From Planctomycetota bacterium (GTDB lineage: Bacteria > Planctomycetota > UBA11346): DNA of 25,938 nt. Positions 15,017-25,087 of the stretch are shown here, one piece after another (the first letter of the stretch is position 1; the number at the start of each line of letters is the position of its first letter). The stretch spans positions 1 to 25,938 of the forward strand of contig JBBQSO010000075.1 of NCBI GenBank assembly GCA_038213805.1, given 5' to 3'. The position numbers and the translations under genes are program-made. Below the pieces are notes generated by a model that was not told the origin of the DNA, searched no databases, and saw only the letters and a program-made list of their open reading frames with translations.

Positions 15017-17323
15017 GTGACCTGCTGGGAGCGTCTCGGCCTGAGCGCGCAGGCCGACGAGGACGAGATCCGCCGCGCCTATGCGCGCCTGCTCAAGGAA
15101 CACCGCCCCGACCGCGACCCGACGGGCTTCCTGGAACTGCGCGCCGCCTACGAGCAGGCGCGCCTGGCGCTGCGCATGCGGACCGCGATGGCGGCCGTCA
15201 GCACCACGGCCGCTGCTCCGGTCGACGACCCCGCGGCGGCCCTGGCCGGATCCGGCGACCCGCCCGCGGCAGCCAAGCCGGAGCGGCCAGCCCCGCCCGC
15301 GCTGGCCACGGATGGACCGTTCGCAACGGCCGCGGCCCCCGAAGCCGAGCACAACCCGCCTGCGCCACCGCCTCCCGCTGCGGAACCGACCGCACCCCCT
15401 GCCGCGGACGACTATGCCGAAGCAGTGCTGCAGGTCGCCGCCACCATGGTGCACCGGCTCGCCGAGGACCGCGCCGTGACCGCCGAGACGCTGGGCCAGG
15501 CCCTGCGCGCCCTGGCCGCGGCGCGCAAGGCGGTGCCGGACGCGTCGGGGTGGCGGGCCTGGCACGACGCCCTGCGCACCTGCGTCGCGAACGTCCCGGT
15601 GGCCACCGCCGCCGTCGTGGACGACGCGGCGCTCCTCGAGGTGGTGCAGGCCGGGGATGGCGAGGTGGCGCTGGCCGTGCTCTCCCAGCTGCATGCCCAA
15701 GGCGCGTGGACCCGCCTCAGCGGCTTCGCCACGCGCCTCGCGGAACTGCCCGACCGCAGCGGATGGGGCCTCTCGCTGTGGCTGGCTCCGCGCATCGCCA
15801 TCGTCGATTTCGAGCGGGCGCGCGCGCTGGTGGATGGGGCCACCGGTCCGCGCGTGGATGCCTTGGGCGAGCACGCGCTCGAGATCGACCGGGCCCTGAT
15901 GCTGGGGCGTGATGCCGCCGCACTGGAGCCGGCCGGCCGCATCTACGTCGCCGAACTGCTCATCGCGCCGCATCGCGTGCGGCCCAACCACGAATTGCGC
16001 CAGCGCATCGCCCAGACCCTGCGCCGCCAGCCACAGTGCTACCTGGTGCAGCTGCTCGACAGCCGCCATCCCGGGTATTTCGACGGCAAACTGCTCATGA
16101 CCAGGCCCGGACAGGCATTCGACATGCTGTCACTGGTGGTGGTCAGCGTGCTGATCCTGGTCGTGGCGTCCTTGCTGACGCCTATCCTCGACAACCTCAC
16201 GAGTGGTCACGGCGCCGCCGGAGCGCTCCTCACGGTCCTGACACTGGCCTGCACCGGCTTCCTGCTGCAGCGCCCGCTCGGCCGCTTCTGGAGGAACCGC
16301 TGTTGGCCGTGGCTGGACGCTCACCTCGGTCCATTCGACTCGGCCTGCGTGCAGACTCTCGGGTGGGCGCAGCTTCTCGCGGGTGGGGTCATCGTCGCGG
16401 CTGGCATCTCCTCCCCCTGGCAGCGCCTCGGCATCGTTGTGGGCGCGGTCGTGCTGGCGCTCGCGCTCAGCCACCACGGCAGGAACTGGATCCGTTACGC
16501 TCCGACCGGCTGGCGGCGCCACCTGCCCCCATGGCCGCTGATGCGCGGTCGCTTCGCGGAGCGCTCCAACGACGATGCCATCTGGCTGCTGAACCGCATC
16601 CTGCTCGGCATCCTCACCGCCCTGGCCCTGGTGATCCCGGCGCTGGACGCCTACCCGACGCACCCGTTTCTGGTCTGGGCACCTGCGGGCGGTCTGGCGC
16701 TGCTGGCCATCCGCGGGTGGGCCGCCTATCTCCATGGCTGGTCCACCTGGAAGGCTGCCCAGGCGTGGTCCGCCGGGCTCCGCCTCATCGCCGTCATCAC
16801 GACCGTCTCCGGACTGGCCGGCGGATGCATGGCGGGTTTCGCCTGGCGACCCGGCAGCAGCGCCGGGGAGCATCCGGCGATCGCTGCGCTCGTGCTCGCT
16901 CCCTGGCTGCTCGACCTGGGCATCGCCGTGGTCGCCGCAGCGCTCTCCCGCCTGCTCTCCGGCGGAAAGCCGTCGCCAGCCATCGACGACGGAACAGGCG
17001 CGGACCCCTTCGCCCTTGCCACCGACCCGACCGGCAACCACCCAAACTGGCTAGTCCGCACGTTCGATGCCATCCCCACGGGCGTGCGGCGATTGGTGTC
17101 GGCGCTGATCCTGACCGGCTTTGTCATGGTCAGCTTTGCGAGTGGCGTCTATCCCATCGGGCTGATCCTGATGGTCTTCCTCATCATCACCATCTCGCGG
17201 ATCGTGGGAGGCGACAACCGTCCCCGCTGGTACGGCCAGCAGGGTCGACGTGGGCGGTGGCGCCCAAGCCGCGATCACCGGCCAGCGAAGCCGCGACCTC
17301 CGCCCGCACATCGTCGCCGCTGA
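15017..17323 (+). CDS. J-domain-containing polytopic membrane protein (DjlB/DjlC-like partner of HscC), 768 aa
   Basis: The GTG directly follows the hscC TGA. N-terminal J-domain WERLGL...EIRRAYARLLKEHRPDRDPTGFLELRAAYEQA, a Pro/Ala linker, a helical region, ~9-10 hydrophobic segments and a basic tail. Confidence 0.82.
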   Translation: MTCWERLGLSAQADEDEIRRAYARLLKEHRPDRDPTGFLELRAAYEQARLALRMRTAMAAVSTTAAAPVDDPAAALAGSGDPPAAAKPERPAPPALATDGPFATAAAPEAEHNPPAPPPPAAEPTAPPAADDYAEAVLQVAATMVHRLAEDRAVTAETLGQALRALAAARKAVPDASGWRAWHDALRTCVANVPVATAAVVDDAALLEVVQAGDGEVALAVLSQLHAQGAWTRLSGFATRLAELPDRSGWGLSLWLAPRIAIVDFERARALVDGATGPRVDALGEHALEIDRALMLGRDAAALEPAGRIYVAELLIAPHRVRPNHELRQRIAQTLRRQPQCYLVQLLDSRHPGYFDGKLLMTRPGQAFDMLSLVVVSVLILVVASLLTPILDNLTSGHGAAGALLTVLTLACTGFLLQRPLGRFWRNRCWPWLDAHLGPFDSACVQTLGWAQLLAGGVIVAAGISSPWQRLGIVVGAVVLALALSHHGRNWIRYAPTGWRRHLPPWPLMRGRFAERSNDDAIWLLNRILLGILTALALVIPALDAYPTHPFLVWAPAGGLALLAIRGWAAYLHGWSTWKAAQAWSAGLRLIAVITTVSGLAGGCMAGFAWRPGSSAGEHPAIAALVLAPWLLDLGIAVVAAALSRLLSGGKPSPAIDDGTGADPFALATDPTGNHPNWLVRTFDAIPTGVRRLVSALILTGFVMVSFASGVYPIGLILMVFLIITISRIVGGDNRPRWYGQQGRRGRWRPSRDHRPAKPRPPPAHRRR

Positions 17324-17377
17324 ATCCCGCTGCTCGCGCAGCGCATGCGGCTGTCGCCCGGCCCACCCCGCCGGCGC

Positions 17378-18550
17378 TCACGGCTTCCCGACCACCCGAT
17401 ACAGGTGCACCCCATACCCTTCGAAGCGATCGCTGAACGCATGCTCGCTGATCGGGATCGTGCGACCCTCCCCGAGCACCTCGACGCTCGCACCTTCCGG
17501 CACGGTGAACGTCGCCATCGTCGTCCCCATGCGCAGCGCACCTGCGAACAGGTAGCTCTCGCTGCCGACACGCTTGGCGAGCACGGCCACCGGCACTGTG
17601 GGATCCGCCGCGACGACCCCCGCGCCCGCCAGCGTGAGCGGGCTGTTCAGCGCCGGCGCCAATTCGCGCACCTGCCCGTTGATCGCCGTCAGCCCCGCGA
17701 GCATCGCGGGGTCGTGCAGCGGGCCCGCCTCGTCGAACGATGGATTCCACGAGTGGCAGAAATAGCCGATGCCGCTGGCGCCGTGGATGAGCGCCAGCCA
17801 CACCTCGGAGCGCACCTGCGCCGGCGTGGGCTTGGCCGGAGCGTCCTTGCCGATCCGGGTGGTCTCGATCCAGCACCACACCGGCTTGCGCCCGCCGCCC
17901 GCGGCGCGCAGGCGCGTGACGCCCCTGGGGACGAACTCGAGCCTGCCGCCCACCGCCGGCTCGGCCGCGTTGACGGGATAGATGTCGAAAGCCAGCACGT
18001 CGCCGCCCGCGGCGTAGGCGGTGTAGTCCTCGTCATGCCCGGTGCGCACGCCACGACCGATGTACGCAGTGAAGGACGTGCCCTGCCCGAGATTGAGGAA
18101 CACCGGCCGGGTCGCGTCCTTGGCCTTCATATCGGCGTACAGACGCGCGATCTCGGCCGGTGCGATCGGCGGACCATAGCCACCGCCCTTCAGCTCCTGG
18201 GCGTTGTCGGGCTCGTCCTCCTGGGTCCAGCCGACGATGGTGCGATCGGCGAGGTGGGCGAGGCCGACCGCATTCTGCGCGCACATCACCGGCATGTGCG
18301 CCGCGGCGAGCTCGGCGAGCTGCGCCTCGGTCGGACCGTCCCACAAACCGATGTACAGGTTCACGCCCGCGGCGCGGTAGGCGGCGGCGTTGGCCGGGTT
18401 CTGCAGCCACACCGCGATGGGGAAGGAGCCCGCAACGCTGGACGGGCCGTTCGCCCAGGTCGGCACCCGCGCATCCGGGGCATCGACCGCCAACGCCCAC
18501 GGGGCGGCCAGGACCAGGAGGGCGGCGAGGGTCGGGCGGATCATGGGCAT
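17378..18550 (-). CDS. Secreted protein with probable glycoside-hydrolase-like TIM barrel, 390 aa
   Basis: GGAGG RBS before ATG 18550 and signal peptide MPMIRPTLAALLVLAAPWALA. Clan-A-like motifs GWTQEDEPD, FDIYPV, VWCWIET and LIHGASGIGYF. Confidence 0.72.
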   Translation of the reverse strand: MPMIRPTLAALLVLAAPWALAVDAPDARVPTWANGPSSVAGSFPIAVWLQNPANAAAYRAAGVNLYIGLWDGPTEAQLAELAAAHMPVMCAQNAVGLAHLADRTIVGWTQEDEPDNAQELKGGGYGPPIAPAEIARLYADMKAKDATRPVFLNLGQGTSFTAYIGRGVRTGHDEDYTAYAAGGDVLAFDIYPVNAAEPAVGGRLEFVPRGVTRLRAAGGGRKPVWCWIETTRIGKDAPAKPTPAQVRSEVWLALIHGASGIGYFCHSWNPSFDEAGPLHDPAMLAGLTAINGQVRELAPALNSPLTLAGAGVVAADPTVPVAVLAKRVGSESYLFAGALRMGTTMATFTVPEGASVEVLGEGRTIPISEHAFSDRFEGYGVHLYRVVGKP

Positions 18551-18765
18551 GGCGGGCCTCCTCGGGTGCGCATCACGGCAGCACAGCGCGGGAACGGCTG
18601 GATGCGACGGGATTCCGGGGGCCCAGGGCGGGATCGTCCGCTCCACGTCCACCGCCGCGGCGGGCCGGCAGCGATGGGCGCAAGCAGGGCGGCGGTGGGG
18701 GCCACCCGGAATGACGGCGGTGCCGGCTGGAGGCTCCTCCGGCCAGCACAACCCACCCTGCGCCC

Positions 18766-18820
18766 CTATATATTTACTCAAAACCAATTCAATACGCATG
18801 TTACGCTTTTATTTTTCAAG
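18766..18820. promoter_or_regulatory. AT-rich tract in divergent intergenic region (probable promoter)
   Basis: CTATATATTTACTCAAAACCAATTCAATACGCATGTTACGCTTTTATTTTTCAAG is sharply AT-rich against the GC-rich background and lies between divergent starts 18550 and 18986. Confidence 0.55.
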
Positions 18821-18985
18821 TTCGCAGGCCCGGCAGCGACCCCGGCCGGGCCTCATCACCGCGCAGCGACGCGCAGCCCGGCGCGCCGCGACGCCTCCCC
18901 TCCAAGCGCGGTTGAGGAGCCCCGCTTTCTGGGTTACCCTGTCCAGGTCCCTCCGTACTCCTGCCGAAACCCCAAGCACCGCGCG

Positions 18986-21571
18986 ATGCCCAGCGACGAC
19001 GCCACCGATCCGCTCGCCAACCGCCGCATCCTGGTGATCGACGACAACGCGAACATCCACGCGGACTACCGCAAGATCCTGGTGCCGCCGGCGGTCTCGG
19101 CCGACCTCGCCGAGCTCGAGGCCGATCTTTTCGGCGAGACCGCGAAGACGACTCAGCGCCCGGCTTTCACCGTCGACACCGCGCAGCAGGGCAAGGAGGG
19201 GTACGAGCGCGTCCTGGTCGCGCTGCGCTGCGGGCAGCCCTACGCGCTGGCCTTCGTCGACATGCGCATGCCGCCCGGCTGGGACGGCATGGAGACCGCG
19301 CTGCGCATCCTCGCCGACGACCCCGACATCCAGATCGTGATCTGCACCGCCTATTCCGACTACTCGTGGGACGAGATGGCGCAGAAGCTTGGCGCGACCG
19401 ACCGCGTGCTGATCCTCAAGAAGCCCTTCGACACCATCGAGGTCATCCAGATCGCCCAGTCGCTGTGCCGCAAGTGGACGCTCGGCCGGCAGGCGCAGCA
19501 GCGCGTGGCCTCACTCGAGGCGCTGGTGCAGGCACGTGTGCGCGAGCTGGCGGCGAGCAACGCGCGCCTGTCGACGCTCATCCAGGTCAGTCCGGTGGGC
19601 ATCTTCGTGCTCGACCAGCAGGGCCGGGTGACGAGCTGGAATCCCGCGGCCGAGCGCATCTTCGGCTGGAACGGCGCCGAGATCATCGGCCACCAGCTGC
19701 CGGCGAGCATGCCCGACCATCTGCGCGTGCTGATGCGCAGCGGCGAGGAGGCTCCGATGGCGAGCGACCGCCAGGGCACCGATGTGCACGTCAAGCGCAA
19801 GGACGGCGTCGGCATCGAGGTGGCCACCTACAGCGCTGCGCTGCGCAGTCCGACCGGCGACCCCGACGGCTGGATCGTGGTGGTCGCCGACATCACCGCG
19901 CGCAAGCAGATCGAGGGCGAACTGCGCCGCGCCAAGATCGCCGCCGAGGCCGCGGCCACCGCCAAATCCGAGTTCCTTGCCACCATGAGCCATGAGATCC
20001 GCACGCCGATGAACGGCGTGATGGGCATGGCGGAGCTGCTGCTGACCACGCGCCTGGACGCCGAGCAACTCGACTTCGCCAACATCATCCACAGCTCGGG
20101 CGAAGCGCTGCTGGCGATCATCAACGACATCCTCGACTTCTCGAAGGTCGACGCGGGCATGCTCTCGCTAGAGCCCATCCCCTTCGACCTGCTGACCACG
20201 GTCAGCAGCGTGATAGAACTGCTCTCGGCACGCGCCGAGAGCAGGGGCATCGAGCTGTTCTACCGGTTCGCGCCCGACCTCGCCCAGGCGGTCATCGGTG
20301 ACGCGGGCCGCGTACGCCAGATCATCACCAACCTGGTCGGCAACGCGGTCAAGTTCACCCTCAAGGGCCACGTCTTCGTCGACGTCGCGCGCGCGCCCGG
20401 CGGTGGCGTGGCGATCGCGGTGCACGACACCGGCATCGGCATCCCGCGCGACAAGCTGCGCCTGCTCTTCCAGAAGTTCACCCAGGCCGATTCCAGCACC
20501 ACGCGCAGGTTCGGCGGCACGGGCCTGGGCCTGGCGATCTCCAAGCAGCTCGCCGAGCTGATGAATGGCGGCATCGAGGTGACCAGCCAGCCGGACCTCG
20601 GCTCGGTCTTCACCGTGACCCTGCCGCTGCCCACGGATCCGGCGCCACCGCGCGCACGCACCGAGCCCGCCAACCTCGCGGGGCTGAAAGTGGTGGTCGC
20701 CGACCCGAACGCGCTGAGCAGCCGCATCGTCGTGGAGCAGCTGCGCAGCTGGGGCTGCGAAGCGCTGCCCGCGGCGAGCGCGGCCGAGGCCCTCGTGGCG
20801 CTGCGCGCGACGGTCGGCGGCCGCGTGGTCGCGCTCATCGATGCCCGCCTCGCCGATGCCGACCCGCTGGAGCTCGGCGCGACCATCCGCGCCACCTCCG
20901 GGCTGGAGGGCGTGCCGCTGATGCTGCTCACCACGGTCGGGCAGCGCGGCGACAGCAAGAAAGCGGCCGCGGCCGGCTTCAACGCCTACTTGACCAAACC
21001 CGTGCAGCTCCTCGATCTGCGTGATGCGCTGGGGGTGCTGTGCCAGCACGGCCAGCGCGCGGGCAACGAACTGGTCACCCGCCACACCCTCGCCGAGGCG
21101 CGCGGTGCCGGGTCTTCGGGCTCGCGACGGCGTATCGCGGTTGCACCGGCGAATGCCCCCGGGCAGCCCGCGCTGGAGGTATTGGTGGTCGAAGACGACA
21201 CCGTCAGCAGCCTGCTGGTGACGCGCATCCTCGAGCGCCTTGGCTGCAATGTCACCGCCACCGACAGCGGCAGTGCCGCGACCGCGCTCGCCGCCAGCCA
21301 CGAATACGCGCTGATCTTCATGGACTACCACCTGCCCGACCTTGACGGCGTTGCCGCCGCGCGCCTGATCCGCAGCCGTGCAGGCGGCGCGCGCACGCGC
21401 ATCGTGGCAATGAGCGCGAGTGTCCTCGACCAGGACCGCGAACTGTTCAAGAGCGCCGGCATGGACGCCCTGATCACCAAACCGGTGACGCTGGAGGAGA
21501 TCCGCGCGGTGGTCGCACAGTCGGCCGCACCCGCCGGGATGGAGGGTCCCGGCGCAGAGGCGCGGCGATGA
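18986..21571 (+). CDS. Cytoplasmic hybrid sensor histidine kinase: REC-PAS-HisKA-HATPase-REC-REC, 861 aa
   Basis: REC (RILVIDD...[12 protein letters not shown]...KKPF), PAS ([12 protein letters not shown]...DITARK), H-box [25 protein letters not shown] and GGTGLGL, then two C-terminal REC domains (LIDARL...TKPV and IFMDYHLP...TKPV). The start is re-called at ATG 18986. Confidence 0.93.
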   Translation: MPSDDATDPLANRRILVIDDNANIHADYRKILVPPAVSADLAELEADLFGETAKTTQRPAFTVDTAQQGKEGYERVLVALRCGQPYALAFVDMRMPPGWDGMETALRILADDPDIQIVICTAYSDYSWDEMAQKLGATDRVLILKKPFDTIEVIQIAQSLCRKWTLGRQAQQRVASLEALVQARVRELAASNARLSTLIQVSPVGIFVLDQQGRVTSWNPAAERIFGWNGAEIIGHQLPASMPDHLRVLMRSGEEAPMASDRQGTDVHVKRKDGVGIEVATYSAALRSPTGDPDGWIVVVADITARKQIEGELRRAKIAAEAAATAKSEFLATMSHEIRTPMNGVMGMAELLLTTRLDAEQLDFANIIHSSGEALLAIINDILDFSKVDAGMLSLEPIPFDLLTTVSSVIELLSARAESRGIELFYRFAPDLAQAVIGDAGRVRQIITNLVGNAVKFTLKGHVFVDVARAPGGGVAIAVHDTGIGIPRDKLRLLFQKFTQADSSTTRRFGGTGLGLAISKQLAELMNGGIEVTSQPDLGSVFTVTLPLPTDPAPPRARTEPANLAGLKVVVADPNALSSRIVVEQLRSWGCEALPAASAAEALVALRATVGGRVVALIDARLADADPLELGATIRATSGLEGVPLMLLTTVGQRGDSKKAAAAGFNAYLTKPVQLLDLRDALGVLCQHGQRAGNELVTRHTLAEARGAGSSGSRRRIAVAPANAPGQPALEVLVVEDDTVSSLLVTRILERLGCNVTATDSGSAATALAASHEYALIFMDYHLPDLDGVAAARLIRSRAGGARTRIVAMSASVLDQDRELFKSAGMDALITKPVTLEEIRAVVAQSAAPAGMEGPGAEARR

Positions 21572-23319
21572 ACATCTCGGCCAAGATCTGGCTGAGCATC
21601 AGCGCCCTGGTGCTGGGCTACCTGGTCACCGTCATCGTCGATTCGCTGCTCGGCCTGCACGCCGAACAGCGCCTCGACCATACCGCCACCACGCTGTTCC
21701 CGCTGACTACGCTCAGCCGCGAGGCCGAGATCGCGCTGCAGGCGCAGGTGCAGGCCTACCAGGACGCGGTACTCACCGGGGACGCCGACCAGTTCATGAT
21801 CGGCATCACCGCGGCGCACGCCGCCAGCGACGCGATTTCCGGGCAGCTCGCGCTGGCCGACCTCGACGACGGGCAGCGCGCGCGCATCCGTGCCCTCGCC
21901 GACCGCCATGCCGCCTACACCACTGATGCGAGCAAGGCCTATCCCGCGCTGGTCAAGGGCCTGTCGGGCGCCGAGGCCACCGCCGAGGCCGCGCGCCTCA
22001 ACACCGCCGCCACCGCGCTGCGCGCCGATTTCGCCAAGCTGGTCGCCGAGGCCACGCACGAGCTGCGCCAGGAGCTGGCCCAGACCGTCGCGCGCAGCCA
22101 GCACCAGCGCCACATCGGCATCGCCGTGCTGCTGGTCGCGGCCGGGGTGAGCTGCACCCTGGTCTACCTGGTGATCTCGCGCTGGACGTCCCGCCTGGGC
22201 GGACTGGTACAGGCCAGCGAACGCGTCGCACGCGGCGATTTCAGCGTTGGCGTCGCCGACCGCGGCGGCGACGAGGTCGGCCGCCTGTCCACGTCCTTCG
22301 CCGCCATGCAGGCGGCAGTCAGCGCGCGCAACGAGGCGCTGCGGCGCTTCACCGAGGGCCTGGAAGAGACCGTGCGCCAGCGCACCAGGGAGGTCACCGA
22401 CCGCAACGCCGAACTGGTGCACGAGATCGACGAACGCAAGCGCGCCGAGGCCGCAGTGCAATCGCTGCATAACCAGTTGCTCGACGCCTCGCGCCAGGCG
22501 GGCATGGCCGAAGTCGCGACCGGCGTGTTGCACAACGTCGGCAACGTGCTCAACAGCGTCAACGTCTCGGTGACCGTGATCGCCGAACAGTTGCACGAGA
22601 ACAAGGCCGCCAACCTGGCCAAGGCCGCGGCGATGATGCAGGGGCGCGGCGCCGGGCTGGGCGCCTTCATGAGCGACGATCCCAAGGGACGCCAGCTGCC
22701 CGGCTACCTGGCCAAGCTCGCCGAGCACCTCTCCACCCAGCACGCCACGGTCGTCCGCGAGCTGGGTGGGCTGTCGGCCAACATCGAACACATCCGCGAG
22801 ATCGTCCAGCTCCAGCAATCGCACGGGCAGAGCGTGGGCGTGGTGCAGATGCTGCGCCCGCAGGACCTGGGCGACGAGGCCCTGCGACTGAGCGCGACGG
22901 CGCTCACGCGCCACGAAGTCGAGGCGGTCGCCGACTACGCCGACGTGCCGCCATGCGCGCTCGACCGCCACAAAGTCCTGCAGATCCTGGTCAACCTGCT
23001 GACCAACGCGCGCCAGGCGATCGCCGAGGGCAATCCGCCCCAGCGGCGCGTGGTCCTGCGCATCCGCGCGGCGCCCGCGCGCGGCATCAGTTTCAGCGTC
23101 AGCGACACCGGCGTCGGCATCGCGCCGGAGGTGCTCGCACAGATCTTCACCCACGGCTTCACCACCAAGAAGGATGGCCACGGCTTCGGCCTGCACAGCT
23201 GCGCCAACGCGGCGCACGAGATGCACGGCACGCTCACGATGCACAGCGACGGGGTGGGGATGGGGGCGACGTTCACGCTGGTGCTGCCGGGGGATGGGCG
23301 TGGGGACGTGGTCGAATGA
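21568..23319 (+). CDS. Membrane HAMP-domain sensor histidine kinase, 583 aa
   Basis: Two TM segments around a helical sensor domain, HAMP (ARGDF...DEVGRL), H-box GVLHNVGNVLNS, NLLTNA, DTGVG and FTTKKDGHGFGL. It overlaps the upstream stop (ATGA). Confidence 0.93.
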   Translation: MNISAKIWLSISALVLGYLVTVIVDSLLGLHAEQRLDHTATTLFPLTTLSREAEIALQAQVQAYQDAVLTGDADQFMIGITAAHAASDAISGQLALADLDDGQRARIRALADRHAAYTTDASKAYPALVKGLSGAEATAEAARLNTAATALRADFAKLVAEATHELRQELAQTVARSQHQRHIGIAVLLVAAGVSCTLVYLVISRWTSRLGGLVQASERVARGDFSVGVADRGGDEVGRLSTSFAAMQAAVSARNEALRRFTEGLEETVRQRTREVTDRNAELVHEIDERKRAEAAVQSLHNQLLDASRQAGMAEVATGVLHNVGNVLNSVNVSVTVIAEQLHENKAANLAKAAAMMQGRGAGLGAFMSDDPKGRQLPGYLAKLAEHLSTQHATVVRELGGLSANIEHIREIVQLQQSHGQSVGVVQMLRPQDLGDEALRLSATALTRHEVEAVADYADVPPCALDRHKVLQILVNLLTNARQAIAEGNPPQRRVVLRIRAAPARGISFSVSDTGVGIAPEVLAQIFTHGFTTKKDGHGFGLHSCANAAHEMHGTLTMHSDGVGMGATFTLVLPGDGRGDVVE

Positions 23320-23495
23320 ACGGCGCAGACCCGCACGAGATCACGGTGGCCCGGCTCGCCGTCAAGGCGCCCTGACCGTCAGACTGCGCCACCCGTCCAT
23401 CCAGTCCGGCGGATTGCGGTTGGGCGCCACGAGGCCCCACCCATGCTCGGCGACCTCGCTGGGGTGAAACCCCGCAGCCGCCGAGGAAGACCCCG

Positions 23496-24848
23496 ATGCG
23501 CCGCCACCACCTGCTCGCGCTCCTGCTGGTCACCGCCTGCCGTCTACCACTCGCCGCCGCCGACCTGATCAGCCCGGATGACGAAAAAGCGCTGACCATG
23601 CTGATGCGCACGCTGCGCGCGGTCGGCTTCCCCGATCCCGCTGGCGCGACCTTCCTGCATGGCCGCCTGACGGTGGCAGCGACGTTCGATCCGGGCCGCG
23701 CCCAGATGCCCTTGCCGAGCGTAGCCTCGACCACGCAGGAGACCCACCCGGGTTCACCACTGGTCACCTGCGCGTTCGCCTTCGACGGCCTGCATCTGCA
23801 CCTGGCCGACGGTTCGTGGATCATCGCCATGGCCTACCGCTTCCGCCCGGGACCTGACGACCGCGTCGACTCCGGGAAGTGCCTGGCGTTCGCGCCCGCC
23901 ATGGAATCGGCGCTGGCGAGCATCGCGCACCCGTTTGCCCCGGCCCAGGTGGCCGCGTGGCTGGAGGCGCTGGCGCCCGAGGCGCGGCCGCGCGCCAGCG
24001 CAGCGCTGGCGATCATGGTGCCGATCAGCTTCCACCTGACCCAGCGCAGCGAAGGGCTGCCCGCAACCGCCGCGATCCTGCACCTGGCCGGCTGGCCCGA
24101 CCTCGGGGCCGCGGCGGTGGCCATCGCCGATCAGCGCGCGCGGCAGTTCGGACAGCTGCGTCCGTGGCGCGAGCCCGACCAGCCCTTCGATCCCACCGGC
24201 GCGTACGCCCACGCACCCGCCGAGGAGCAGGCCTGGCGCGCCGCCCATCCGACGATCATCCCCGAAGACCCTCTCACCGCCTTCCGCCGCGCGCTGTTCC
24301 GCTGGAGCCGCGCCCAACTCTGCGCCGCGCCCGAAGAGGCACTGGTACCGCCCGCCACCGCCGCCGCATTGTGCCGCACCCTGCTCGATCCGCTCGACCC
24401 GCAGGGCAATGCCGCGCGCATCGCCGCCCTGCTCGCAGCCGCGCGCCTGCCGCCGACGACGCCCGCCAACCCCACCCTGGACGAGCGCCTGCAAAGCTGG
24501 GAGGCGCGCCCGCGCGCGGCGCGCCTGGTGGTGACCGGCGGCACCGACGGCGCGACGCAGGGCACCGCCTTCGTCGTCCCTCCACCAGCCTATCAGCCGG
24601 ACGAGCACGACTACGACGGCCTGATCGGCCTGCTCGACGACGAACGCCCCTCGCGCTGCGTCGATGTCAACGGTGCACGTACTGTCGGCGACAACGCCCT
24701 GCGCGCCCTCGCCACCCTGCTCAAGGCCGACCCGCGCGCCCTCGCCGGCCTGCCCGTCGACCACCCCTGGACCGCCGCCGAACGCCGCACCACCGCCAAG
24801 GCGCTGGAGCTGTGGTGGCAGGGAAACCGCTATAAGTACGTGAAATAG
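23496..24848 (+). CDS. Hypothetical exported protein, 450 aa
   Basis: GAGG upstream, signal peptide MRRHHLLALLLVTACRLPLAAA (possible lipobox VTAC), and strong GC3 bias in this frame. Confidence 0.75.
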   Translation: MRRHHLLALLLVTACRLPLAAADLISPDDEKALTMLMRTLRAVGFPDPAGATFLHGRLTVAATFDPGRAQMPLPSVASTTQETHPGSPLVTCAFAFDGLHLHLADGSWIIAMAYRFRPGPDDRVDSGKCLAFAPAMESALASIAHPFAPAQVAAWLEALAPEARPRASAALAIMVPISFHLTQRSEGLPATAAILHLAGWPDLGAAAVAIADQRARQFGQLRPWREPDQPFDPTGAYAHAPAEEQAWRAAHPTIIPEDPLTAFRRALFRWSRAQLCAAPEEALVPPATAAALCRTLLDPLDPQGNAARIAALLAAARLPPTTPANPTLDERLQSWEARPRAARLVVTGGTDGATQGTAFVVPPPAYQPDEHDYDGLIGLLDDERPSRCVDVNGARTVGDNALRALATLLKADPRALAGLPVDHPWTAAERRTTAKALELWWQGNRYKYVK

Positions 24849-25087
24849 GGGAATTCTGGAGGGGAAAGGGAAGGCAGGAGCACGGCAGGAAGTAGGGGAG
24901 CAAGAAGGAGGAAGATGTGAACTGGGAGATGAAGGACGGGAGAGAACCATCGCCTATCGCAGACACGCTCTGCACACCGCATTCCGCCATGTGCCTGACT
25001 TCTCCGTCCGCTCCTCCACCCTCCTGCCTTCCCCGTCTCCCCACCCGTGTCACTTCCCCTCTCCGCCCATCCGCCTACAAACGCCGC

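Noticed and set aside
17345..18985. 547-aa N-terminal extension making the hybrid kinase 1408 aa
   Set aside because: It is antisense to the GH-like gene and crosses the AT-rich promoter tract. The Arg/Gly-rich translation is not protein-like, and the REC domain starts right after ATG 18986.
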